A DNA stretch of 64,000 nucleotides. It comes from Macrostomum lignano. Lineage: Eukaryota. The stretch's first letter is position 1. Each line of letters starts with the position of its first letter. A program made the translations under genes and the position numbers. Under the pieces are notes generated by a model. The model had not been told where the DNA came from, made no database searches, and saw only the letters and a program-made list of their open reading frames with translations. Shown here one piece after another: positions 48,600 to 60,120 of this stretch. The DNA lies in the NCBI GenBank assembly GCA_002269645.1, contig NIVC01001567.1:62001-126000 (forward strand), given 5' to 3'.

Positions 48600-50002
48600 T
48601 CGAAGTCTCAAAGATTCATAGTGCTCATTGCTCAGAACCAGGCGCACAATAGCAAGAGGAGGCTGCGCTAAGGACATAAAGTACTGCAGCACACTTCCAT
48701 TGCGCTGGTAAATAATAGGTCTACCTGAAAGCAGCGGCTTATTAGGGGCATGATTTCATCAGGCACATAAGTTCCCTCTGTAAATGAAGCTTCGATTATG
48801 GCATTCGCATTCTCTGGGAAAACAAAGCCTTTGGCAATCAACTGTGGTACCAGCTCTGCCGCGCGGCTTGACAAATTGTGCCTCAATGAAGCAGCATCGG
48901 TTTCAAGAGCGGTGCCTCGCAACTGATCACAAACCGCATGAAAAAAAAACAATTTCCATCACCGGCTATGGGAACTATGCTCAATTGATTAAAAGGTACC
49001 TGAGCCGCTGCTGCTGGTTCACTATTTTCCTGTCTAAAATTGAGAGGGAAAATGGTCAGTCAGATTACAAATAGTGACTGAAGAAGATAATATGTAAGGG
49101 GCTTAAGTGATGAAGGAAAAAAGCGGTATTTTGTATTTTCTATTTTGCGGTGTTTTATATTTTAGAGGTCTTACTTAAGTATTCTTAATAACATCTGCTA
49201 CAATTAAATGCAAAATTTAAGGTAATACAAGAAAATGCAATCGTCAACTATACAAAAAGGAAAGAGACCAGAGAAAAACGGGGCACTTAAAATCAATAAA
49301 GCAGAAGAGTAACCGTCATACATCAGCAGATTTACCTCGAAGCCCAAATGCTCCGGCGACGTAATAGCTCAGCCTCGAGACGATCCAAACGCTCAGCTCC
49401 TGTTTCGGAAGCACGGCGGTCAGCTTCTCGCTGTCGCATGTCTTCCAGGCGGGCAGCTCTCTCGGCGTCAGTCTCGCAGGCTCGGTTGGCAGCAATCCTC
49501 TGCCGCAGCTCCTCGAGCCGAGCAGCTCTCTCGGCGCCAGTCTCGCAAGCCCGGCGCTCTGCGTCTCGCTGCCGCAGCTCCTCGAGCCGAGCAGCTCTCT
49601 CGGCGTCAGTCCCGCAAGCCCGGCGCTCTGCGTCTCGCTGCAGCAGCTCCTCGAGCCGAGCAGCTCTCTCGGCGTCAGTTTCACAGGCTCGGCGCTCGGC
49701 GTCCCGCTGACGCAGCTCTTGGAGCCGAGCAGCTCTCTCGGCGTCAGTTTCACAGGCTCGGCGCTCGGCGTCCCGCTGACGCAGCTCTTGGAGCCGAGCA
49801 GCTCTCTCGGCGTCAGTTTCACAGGCTCGGCGCTCGGCGTCCCGCTGCCGCAGCTCCTCGAGCCTAGCAGCTCTCTTGGCGTCAGTCTCGTTGGCTCGGC
49901 GCTCGGCGTTCCGCTGCCGGCGTGTTTCCAAACGGGCCTAGCGCTCAGCCTTATTTTTGCCTCACGGCTTTTCTTTAAATGACTTGCTCCACGGCGACCC
50001 AT
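48600..50002 (-). pseudogene. STPR-like 23-aa repeat plus OTU cysteine protease gene (Helitron-type), with an intron at 49335-49034
   Basis: 69-bp repeats encode ETDAERAARLEELRQRDAERRAC. A phase-2 GT-AG intron joins this to IVPIAGDGNC|FFHAVCDQL...LRH...YVPDEI...LIS...RLVLSNEHYESL (OTU Cys and His motifs). Frameshifts lie near 49940, in a T9 run at 48941-49 and before the His motif. Confidence 0.78.
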
Positions 50003-52159
50003 AGCTACGTATCATTGATACTTAGTAAGTACGGATAGAAATAGACGAAATACGGCAAAAAGAATACGGAATAAAAGTTAAATATAATCGTAATAGTAGT
50101 TGCTACCTTTATTTAGTTAAATGTAACTAAAGAACAACTAAAGTATGAATGAATAAAGTTGTAATAATAGTTGCTAATTGTTACAAATATAATTATACAA
50201 CTGCAGTACCAAGGTATGACTTAATAATTATTATTCATCCCCTTAGCAGTCTGCAGTTCTCCTCTCGGCTGGCTCCTCAGTCTCCTCAGCAAACTTGCAA
50301 TAACCCTTGCAACAAGAAAAAATTCCTCAGCATTTAGTATGCCTCACTAATCAGTATTCGATACAGATTGGCAGAATTTTTCAGAACTAACGATTTAGCA
50401 ATGCCCTCAGCAGTTTAGCAGCATTGTCTGCAGTTTAGCAATTTCATACTTTAAATGGAGCTAGACAACACACATTGATGAGATCAGCAACACTCGAAGC
50501 AGTTTTACAAATAAAATTTGCTTACTGGCTTGAGCTGATTTGCAAAAATAATTAATTGCTACTTAATAAAAATGCTCCAATCGCTACTAATCGAAAGATA
50601 AATGTACACCAAAATAGAGTTGTTTGATGACAGTTTGAATGAACCTTTAAAATAGAGTTGTTTGATGACAGGTTGAATGGGCATTTAAAACTTTACCTAC
50701 CACAGAAACGAAGCTGCGAATTAATTGTTTTATTAGTTTAGATTATTTTAATTGAGCATTTCGAAATATCCAATACAGAATTTGTGCTACCCTAAAAAAT
50801 TGTATTATTGTTTATTGGATTAGATATCCTTTTGAAATATTAGGTATATTATTTTTTCGTATATTTGATGTAACCGCCCTTGTCGCCTGTCCGCTCCGTA
50901 GAGAGACGAACGCATGACCAGAGGGGGCAATGACCGTAGGCTGCCTATGACCGGGCAATGACCTGACGGACCTCCAGCACCAGACTGTCCCGCCCACATG
51001 ATTGATAGCTTTGGAAGCGCTTTGTGACCAGAGGGCCAAGGACCCACATGGACCCCACCTGTAGCCAAGGTGCAATAGTTGGTCACTCGGTCATAGCATG
51101 ACCGAGTGGCTGCCACCACTCTATGTGACCTGGCGCACCTGGATCTTTCTACCAGACCTCTCGAGGCTAGAGTCCCGCCTTGGTTGGTTACCAGGGGATT
51201 TAGGCTAACAGGGGAGGCACATGCAGCCGAGTTACAGGGACTCTGCTTGGGGCATGATCGGGAACTCTGGGCTCAATCTGGAGGATTTCTCAGCAGGGGA
51301 TCCTTTGTGGCTGTGAGCGAGGCTGACTTGCGACTTTGATTACTATCGAGTAGTATGAAGCGAACATGTACTGTCTATGGTTTAGATTGCTCAGGGCGAA
51401 GGGACGCGTCAGCATGGGGTTGCAACCTTCCTACTGCCATTCTGTGCCAAGACTCGCTAATCCCTCTACTGCACGCAAACACGGCCCCGCAGCACGCACT
51501 CACAGGCGAGCTTTGTACGGGGAGAGGCCATTAGCTTACCCAAACTTCCTTATGCTTTGCCACCCCGTGAGTGAAATGAGCCATGTGTGAAATGATGGTG
51601 AAAGAGTGAATAATGATGAGGTTAGTTAATAGTTAATAATTCGGCCCTTAGGCAAATAGTCAGGTAATTAGACGGCTTCACTATTGAGTAAAATACAGCA
51701 AAAGTTACGGTATCACAATTGGCTCAGCTCTCTAATTAAGCAATGGCAAATAGGCAAACCCCGGATAAGCAAGGCGATTAGAGCACAAATTAGTAATAGG
51801 AACTTACCGGCAGCTGCACATAGAGAGAGAGAGAGGCGGAGTGACCGAGGGCGGCTGTAGGCTGCAGTCAGGCAGACAGTGAAGCGGCGATGCGCTGAAG
51901 CGACGAGGCGCTGATGTAGATCAGGCGATGCTGATGATGCTGGGCGGTATCAGACCGCTGGCTGATAGGCGAGCTCACTTGGGGAGCTGAAGATAACTTG
52001 GCGGTAACAGACCGCGGACCGGCAGAGTTTCGTCCTATAGACGAATATGTCAGAGCTACGTCTGACAGCAAGTCCAAAGAAAGACGAGGAGCCCGAAGGT
52101 CGAACCGGGTCGGAACCGGGCGTCCCAAGGTTGAGGATTCTCATGCCGAAAACCGCTTC

Positions 52160-52250
52160 CTTATATAGCCTTCCCAGCCGCGGCTGCAAGGTCGTTTCCA
52201 TGACTCCCTCTCTCTGATTGGCTGCCGGCAGAATGACGTCAGAATGAGTC
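52160..52250 (-). promoter_or_regulatory. Candidate Pol II promoter (TATA, CCAAT, CRE)
   Basis: On the minus strand: TGACGTCA (~52235-52242), GCCAATCAG (~52216-52224) and TATATAAG (~52161-52168) in plausible spacing, with a GTAAGT donor downstream near 51810. Confidence 0.4.
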
Positions 52251-52850
52251 ATGATGAGAAGCATGAGAACGGCATAGCAACATGAGAAATGGGAGAATTG
52301 CGCAATCCGGAGGTGGGGTGGGGGGATAATTGGCGCAGCGGGAGGTCGCGGGAGTGTTGCGCAAGCAAACATTGAGAACAATAGGGCTGGGGTAGAGAAC
52401 AAAGGAATTGGAAAACGGGGCTAATTGGGGAGAATTGAGAACAATAGAAAAGCAAACATTGGGTAAAAGGTGATAATTAGGTGCGAAAATGAGAACAATA
52501 GAAAGAGAAAATCGGAGAAAATGTGATAATTGGTGGGGGTAAAGAGAACAAAAGAATCAAAAACGAGAACAATAGAAGCGGAGGTGGGGTGGCGTGGTTA
52601 CATCATATTTAGATTTCTTCAGTTTTCTTCTGAAGATTTAGATCTTCGATCAGTATGAAGATTCTAAATATACCAAAAAGTGGACCGACGTTGGTGGAAG
52701 CAAGAGTTTTGCAGCGAAGCGAGGTGAAAGAGTCATCTTTGCAATGGTACTATGTAGAAATGACTCTTTGAGTCCAAATGAGTCCATGCATGTAGCTTTC
52801 GTATTTTTCTCTCCCTTATGCACGACCACTATTACTTACACTGAAACAAT

Positions 52851-53090
52851 TTGTGTCCTTGTGCAAGACACTTAACTCTGCATTGCTTCAGTTCACCCAG
52901 CTGTAAAATGGGTGCCAGCATTATCTGGGGTAATTGAGGGAGTGTGTGGCGAGTCGTGGCGACCCCCCAGTCCTTGGACTGAACAGCCGTACGCAGCCTT
53001 CAGATGCGCCGCGAAATAGATGCGGCTGAGCTGTCGGTCGCACATCTGCTCATTGGGCAGGTGTAATAAATTATTATTATTATTACTATT
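52851..53090 (+). mobile_element. 5'-truncated CORE-type SINE remnant with an (ATT)n tail
   Basis: TGTGTCCTTGTGCAAGACACTTAACTCTGCATTGCTTCAGTTCACCCAGCTGTAAAATGGGT resembles the MIR/CORE consensus. It ends in TTATTATTA repeats. Confidence 0.6.
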
Positions 53091-53200
53091 ACTTAGATAT
53101 AATAAAAATTATCCTGTTCTGCTTTCTTTACTGACTGTGAAGCACTTACTTTCGGTGCCTTGTTCCGTTTTTACATAATCTCAATAACAATTATCCGCAG

Positions 53201-54215
53201 ATTCGCAAGTTCGCTACAAAACAAGGCGAAAGCTCTCTTTTTTCTGTCCTGCTAGTGGACGACACAGCCGAGATCCGAGCTGCTTTTTTGGACGAAATCT
53301 AGAAAGCACTTGGGACAAATGCGCAGTGGCTAAGAGCATCGCCATCACTGGTGCATTAGTAAAGCAGGCGGACTCTCGCTACAACGCCCACAACCCAAAT
53401 GAGTTGCGGGTCATTTACTATGGCGGAGCAGTGGAGGGAGATGAACAACATATATATGGGAATCCAAAATTGCACTTGCAAAAAATCGTTCAGCTTGCTT
53501 CCGGAACAATCGGGTGAGTTTCTTATACATTAATATGCAGAAAGTGACAAATGGAATCGACAAAGAGCCCAATGGCGGCTGCTTAAATAATTTCTTTATC
53601 GAAGCACTGGAGAAATGCAATCAATCCGTCACTCAGATTGCATTGGAAATAAATTATTTGTTCAATTTTTCTCATTAAAATTATAGTTAATCGTAGCTCT
53701 AAACTGCTACACAAAACTACTACAAGCAATTACAATTGGTTTTCATTCCACTTTATCATCTCCATTTACAGTGCTATCGTAGATGTACTGGGAATTATTA
53801 CATCCACTGACAGACCCATTGAAGTCCCAACAAAAAACGGATCGTGTCGGAAGTCAACTGTAACTCTCGCCGATCAAACCAATAGTACTATCACATGCAC
53901 TTTCTGGAGTGCCAGCGCCGAGTTTGTTTTAAATTGGCACGTCGGAAGCCCTCTACTGGTCAAGGGCGCCAGACTCTGAATTCGACTCACTGTCAATGAC
54001 CGGCACTTTCGCCTACTGTCAATTCGACCCTGACATACCGGAGGCAGAGGCCCTTAGACAATGGTACACGGATCGGACGAGCTCCCAAACATCAGGCGAT
54101 AGTAGCTCGATTCTAGAGCTGCAGTCAGTTGGTACGCTCGTTACTCCGACAGCACGGCGCAGACCTTTACAGAACACGGCTGTCGACGAAGTAACGATTG
54201 TAATTCCTGACACAG
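53201..54215 (+). pseudogene. RPA70-like OB-fold gene, copy C (exons 53201-53513 and 53772-~54215), disrupted
   Basis: AITGALVKQADSRYN (DBD-A-like) and IVDVLGII...VTLADQTNSTITCTFWS...LLVKGAR...FDPDIPEAEALRQWY (RPA70 DBD-B signature). Confidence 0.8.
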
Positions 54216-54716
54216 TAAAGCGAGTGCGCATTAAACGCGGAAGCTTTGAGGTTCGTTTTTACTTATTTTTAGTGATTTCTACTTTTACCTCACCTTTAGG
54301 TATAATTCAAATTATTACCTATGAAAACCTGTAAACAATTCAGACTGTGCTTTAACTCGATGGTACAAGTAGCTAATCTCAGGAGCACATCGAAAGTTTC
54401 TCACAGTGAGTAGTTATGCTTGCAAATGTGAATGTATAGATTAGATTTTCAGAAAATTTTAGAAAGCATTAGAAAATTTTAAATAAATTTTAAATTTTAA
54501 ATAAATTATATAGATTTCCTTTTTTTGACTAACCATTATTTTTTCAGAAGACAGTTAAGAGACTCTGAATTTTTTAATAAACTGAAAGCACGATAAACAA
54601 TACTATTAAACCTCCTTGAAAGCACGATAAACTAAACTATTAAAACTCCTTACTTACAGGGCAAGCCAACTGCTTTAAAAACAATGCTGGTGGTCACACG
54701 TCATTCTCCTCTCAGT

Positions 54717-55045
54717 GAACGGTGAATGGGCGGTGAACGATGTACGGTGAACGGTGAACGGTGTACATGTACAGTGAATGAACGATGAACGGTGAACGGT
54801 GAACAGTGTACATGTACAGTGAATGAACGGTAAACGGTGAACGGTGAACGAACGGTGAACGGTGTACGGTGAACGAACGGTGAACGGTGAGCGGTGTACG
54901 GTGAAAGAACGGTGAACGGTGTACGGTGAACGAACGGTGAACGGTGAACGGTCTACGGTGAACGAACGGTGAACGGTGAACGGTGAATGAACGGTGAACG
55001 AACGGTGAACGGTGAACGAACGGTGAACGGTGAAGAGTGAACGAG
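54717..55045. repeat. Short-period (GTGAACG)n-type repeat
   Basis: Directly visible. Confidence 0.93.
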
Positions 55046-55229
55046 GGGCAGAGTTAAAAAAATTGAATTGAATTAAAAGCTGAATAAAAATGTTCTGGAT
55101 AAGAATATTTACCTTCTGTCTTTTTCACTTAAGTATATCCATTTGTCGCTGTGTCAGCTCATGCCTGTCTGTCCGTCTATATATAAATTGTACAGCAACA
55201 ATTATCCCAGTCTCCCCCAGATTAGCACC

Positions 55230-55700
55230 GCTCCCCAGATTAGTAATCCCACAACACTGTAAACCAGTACAAACACTGTAAGCAGTACTCCCACAGCATG
55301 CTTACAATAGTCCCAGAGCATATTAACGATAATCCCACAGCCTGTTTAGAATAATCCGAGAGCAACCCAGAGCATGCTTGTAATAATCCCAGATGATTTT
55401 GGCAATAATCCTACAGCAGCTTACAACAATCCAAAACGATTTTAACAACATACCCACAGCATTTTTATAGCAATCCCACAGCATATTTGCAATAATCCCA
55501 GAACGTGTTTACAATAATCCCACAGCATGTTTACAATAATCCCACAGCATGGTTACAATAGTCCCACAGCGTGTTTACAATTATCCCGGAGCATGCTTAT
55601 AGATATCCCAGTTGATGTTTGCTATAATCTCTGAGCATGTTTACAATAATCACAGACAATTTTTATGATCTTCCCAGAGTAAGCTGTTATAGTCCCACAG
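55230..55700. repeat. Degenerate ~21-bp tandem repeat (AATAATCCCACAGCATGTTTAC-like)
   Basis: Directly visible. Confidence 0.85.
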
Positions 55701-56596
55701 TATGCTTTCTGACTTTTCCGTGCATGTTATCTAAAATCCAAGTGCATGTTCAGTACAGCGAGTATTGTATGCACACCTCGATTACTGTAAGCACACTTCG
55801 AATGCTGAATGCAGAACTTAATTACTGCACGCACTGTAAGCCAGCCAGCCAGTTAAGAGAGTGTACATTATCGGGGGAGGAAATTATAATCAGTCAGCCA
55901 GGGGTACACATGCCTTTGCACACTTTCAAGTGAGCCAACAAACCCCCATTATTTTCGGCACAAACGTCAGCCAAGCTGAATGAAATACACTGGCGAGATA
56001 GGCAGGAACGGTGATGCAACCTTAATCAAGTAAGCCAAATTGGCAGCCACAAAGCATTTTTTCACTAAGCATGTCTAAAGTCTGAAGTCTACTGTTCGCG
56101 GGCGCTGCGTTGTGAGTCTAAGACCTCTGACACTCCTCACTGATTTGGGTAGTACGCTGTCTAAGCTTCAAGCTGCTAAAGGCTCAAGTATTGATTCACA
56201 GTGGCATGATGGATTAACACTATTTCGCAACAAACGAACCAAAATCAAACGATTGTACACTAATTTATCTGACAACTGGTTTGATTATCGCTTGAAGGCA
56301 CACCAAAATTGGTCAGTTGATTGCAGTGTGAAAGGCCCTTAATTTGTCTACTCGTAAATATATATGTGCGTCCCATGCAATGCCCTTGAAGGTACTGGCC
56401 AATCATTAGCTTTGCGTTTAATTCAAAACAGCATTTATCATTTTTTTTAAAATGTGATGGATGCAAGCGGTTCAAGCTCAAGTACAGTTGCAACTTTTTC
56501 AGCAGGAACACTACTGCCTGCAGCAATACCTACAGCAGCAGCAATTCGTACATGAGCAACAAATAAAGCAACTGTTGCAGCAGCAGCAATTCGACG

Positions 56597-56990
56597 GGTG
56601 ATCAGCGACCCCCCGCTGTCCCATGCCCGCACCGCCGCTGTCTACTGCGCACTTAACCGCCAACGGGATCGGCAGGAGCTGCTGAATCGGCAGGACGCAG
56701 TGCTCCTAGCTAGACTCCGTGCTGGACATTGCAGTCTTCTTCGGGCCTATAACAGCATTGTCAACCCGACTGCCGACCCCGTCTGCCACCGCTGCAGGGA
56801 AGGCCCGGAAGACCTCGAGCACTGGCTCGGTTGCCCGGCCCTCCGGCATCTGAGGCTCTCGATCTTCGACACGGACAGAATGGACCTCGGGGTCCTGACC
56901 GCCGCCCCAGCGAGGTCGGTGGCGCTAGCGAGACGCAGTCTCTGACTGCCCTCGGCGCCTATGCCCCAACAACAACAACAACAGCAGCAG
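56597..56990 (+). mobile_element. 3' end of an I/Ingi-group LINE with a C-terminal CCHC finger and (CAA)n tail
   Basis: LARLRAGHCSLL...DPVCHRCREGPEDLEHWLGCPAL...ARRSL*, then CAACAACAACAA. Confidence 0.8.
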
Positions 56991-57044
56991 CAACTGCAGC
57001 AGCACCCGCTGTGCTTTACGCGCAGCCTGCGGCTTGCTACTGAA

Positions 57045-57452
57045 TCTACTTGCTACTTGCTACTAAACTGAATCTTATGAAAGTTACCATCATCGTCTAC
57101 TTGCTACTTGCTACTAAACTGAATCTTATGAAAGTTACCATCATCGTCTACTTGCTACTTGCTACTAAACTGAATCTTATGAAAGTTACCATCATCGTCT
57201 ACTTGCTACTTGCTACTAAACTGAATCTTATGAAAGTTACCATCATCGTGTACTTGCTACTTGCTACTAAACTGAATCTTATGAAAGTTACCATCATCGT
57301 CTACTTGCTACTTGCTACTAAACTGAATCTTATGAAAGTTACCATCATCGTGTACTTGCTACTTGCTACTAAACTGAATCTTATGAAAGTTACCATCATC
57401 GTCTACTTGCTACTTGCTACTAAACTGAATCTTATGAAAGTTACCATCATCG
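57045..57452. repeat. Eight 51-bp tandem units
   Basis: Unit TCTACTTGCTACTTGCTACTAAACTGAATCTTATGAAAGTTACCATCATCG. The last unit runs into zinc-knuckle gene copy 3. Confidence 0.96.
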
Positions 57453-57892
57453 AAGGCGGCTGGCGTCGACGCCGCCAGAACCAACCCCACAAAAGTAAGT
57501 ATCGTACGTATTGTTACTGCTTTTTCATTTCACCTCTCTGGAAGTGTAGTGTAAAGTTTTATAAATAGTGAACACTTACACAAACTTTCTTCTTTCTTGT
57601 TAACTTTTAGAAGCAAAAAACCCGAAGAGTTCTAAATACAGAACGCGTACACATCATACGAATCAATCTTAGTCGAATTATTGAATTTAATTCTGGGCTT
57701 AAGTATAAATCACACATGATTGTGTTAAATAAAAAACTGACAATTTCACCATACCTGCCTTCTTTCACAGAAATAGAATGCTACTTCTGCGGGGAGAACC
57801 GCCGGGTGTCTCGCTGCGAGGCAGTAAAGCAATATTACGACCAACAGCGGAAGGAGCAGCAGGAACAGGAGAAGCAGCCACAGCAACAGTAG
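57434..57892 (+). CDS. Small spliced Arg-rich zinc-knuckle polyQ gene, copy 3 (exons 57434-57494 and 57771-57892), knuckle His replaced by Arg
   Basis: 61-nt exon 1 MKVTIIEGGWRRRRQNQPHK, GTAAGT...TTCACAG phase-1 intron homologous to that of copy 2, then KIECYFCGENRRVSRC...QQ*. Confidence 0.68.
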
Positions 57893-58113
57893 CAGCAGCA
57901 GCAAAAGCACCAGCAGGCGCAGCAGCAGGAGAAGAAGCAAAAGAAGACGTACAGGGAACAAAAGCAGCGGCAGATGCGGCAGAGGCGGCCCTTACCTGAC
58001 AATTTATTTAACTACAGACAGTAAAATATGTAATTACTTAACTATCATATCCTATGTAATTATTTATACTTATTTATTTATTAACTTAACAGTAAAAAAT
58101 TAATAATATGAAT

Positions 58114-58938
58114 TGTGACGTTGTCAGTTTAAGTAGCCCCGCCAAGGGCCGTTTTAGCATACGGTACCAATCTATAATATTGTTGGTTTCGTACTCTTAC
58201 GTCTGTTTAAAGTAGTGCTTAAATAATTTTAATCAGTGCGTACATTTGTAAAGCCTGCGTACAGTGCGCGATCGATAATTTTTGTTTTCTGTTTTTTTCC
58301 AGCCGGCCAATAGAAAAGCCGCGCATCAATTATGTTAGGTTCTCTGCGCGCACCCACCCAAGCCCGCGCGCTCTTTATCAGTCCTGTCTGGCTGGGGCGC
58401 TCGGGGTGTTCCCCCTTTCTCCCCTTTCTTTGCCTCTTGCTTTTTTCTTGTTTACTCGTTAGCCAGCCTTAGGCTCCTTAGACTCTTGCCGCCCCGGCAC
58501 TCCGTGTTTGCTTGCCTTCTCTCCGCCTCACTTCACCACGATTCTTAGCCACACCTCTGCCAAGCCTCAGTCACGCCACTTCTACTGTCTGTTCGAGCTC
58601 TCACTACGAGCACCGCCACCGCACGTTCACCGCCATCACTTCGTCACCATTGCCTCAAGCTCATGGACCCACTCTGCCTTCTACCATCCAACTTATTGTT
58701 GTGTAACCGCCAGTGCATCGTTTACGAATCCAACTAGTACTTTAACCTATCTCTGTTGGCCGCCCAGACGGAATTAATAATAGCAAGCCTAACTGTCCTC
58801 TCATGCGCTACAATAAACAAAGTCTGCGGCCATTGCCCGCATCAGTCGCCATTATTGCCAAGTGCTACCGCTACAAAAATTGCCTCGGCCGCATTTGTCT
58901 TCGTTAATTATTTTCGGGGCCGCCACATTATCGTCACA
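58114..58938 (+). repeat. 5' LTR of a second, related Gypsy element (no internal ORFs remain)
   Basis: TGTGACG...CGTCACA termini, homologous to 36820-37622, followed by PBS TGGAGGTCCCAACGAGA (58946-58962). Confidence 0.85.
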
Positions 58939-59014
58939 TTATTTCTGGAGGTCCCAACGAGACTCTGCTCAGCACTGCCGGTTCGCAATTAAGTGCCAGC
59001 TTGTCAACGTCCGA

Positions 59015-59215
59015 GTCAGCGTACCGGAAGGTCTGGGTGCCTGTGCCACGTCCGAGTCAGCGTACCGCAAGGCCTGGGTGCCTGTGCCACGTCAGAGTTA
59101 GCGTACCGCTAGGCCTGGGTGCCTGTGCCACGTCTGAGTCAGCGTACCGCAAGGCCTGGGTGCCTGTGCCACGTCCGAGTTAGCGTACCGCTAGGCCTGG
59201 GTGCCTGTGCCACGA
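59015..59215. repeat. 41-bp tandem repeat in the leader of Gypsy element 2
   Basis: Unit GCCTGTGCCACGTCCGAGTCAGCGTACCGCAAGGCCTGGGT. Confidence 0.92.
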
Positions 59216-59679
59216 CAGGGATCCAGTGCGCTGGTCGTCGCCTTAAGCAACGCGAGCTGCCGACTGCGTTGAGCTTGAGCTTCGCGCTCTGCCAAGATAG
59301 CTCCGCCTAGCTTCGCAGGTTACGCCGTGCGCTAATTGTTTGTAGAGACTAATGCCTGACTGTTAGTCTGTGGGGTTTGCGTGATAAGGCTTTGTGTGGT
59401 TTGCCCCTGTCAGGCACGTATTAGGACGCAATTTCTCTCGCCTTCTCGCCCTTCACTCGCCTTCACTCGCAAGGCAACCACGCACAGCAACGCTGATCCA
59501 GCTGCCGGGTAACGAGGAAAAGCTTACATTGCCATCCTCCAGTAGCCAATGCAGCAACAACACGATCGCAACATATGCGACTGAAACTGCCGAAACGTGG
59601 CTTTTACAGGCCGCCAGCAAGGCGAAACTGCAAATTTGCCCAAGCAACAGCGAATGGCTCAAGCAGCCAATCGAGGAAG

Positions 59680-60120
59680 ACAGAGGAAGGCAGCAGGTCA
59701 AGTTTTTCCTTAAAGTCGCGTCGTAGGTTGCAGCTTCTATTGGACACAGGCTGAGTTCGGGAAAATCCAGGCCCTTGGTCTTCAAGAGCTGTACAACTGT
59801 GACGAAGTGACGCACAATTTTTGCCGGAGGCCAGTGGCCTTACACTACTGCACTACTTGCCTGCCGCAAATATATTTCCAGTCATTAACTATTGAGAGGC
59901 AAGCAATTTAAGCAAAAATAGATAAACTCTGACATCTTCGGAGACTCGCTGCATAAATGCATATACATGTACTTCATTTTAGATGCTCAAGGTGACAATC
60001 GCCTAATTTAGTTGTGCGTCTACTTGCAAAGCACTTGGCTGTCACCTGCTATACGTGGAAGGCTATCACAGGCGCTAAAACGGCAAAGCTGGACGCGTCG
60101 TGAAACTACTAAATCGCAAA
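59680..60120 (+). pseudogene. MULE/Mutator transposase remnant
   Basis: AAGQVFP*SRVVGCSFYWTQAEFGKIQALGLQELY...RRPVAL, then YLQSTW and EGYHRR*NGKA, matching MULE 'GC.FH..QA..RKIQ.LGL' and 'EG.H.RLN' motifs. Confidence 0.62.

Noticed and set aside
36820-58938. The two LTRs as the ends of a single 22-kb element
   Set aside because: Both are followed by a PBS and leader, and they are clearly diverged, so they are two 5' LTRs.
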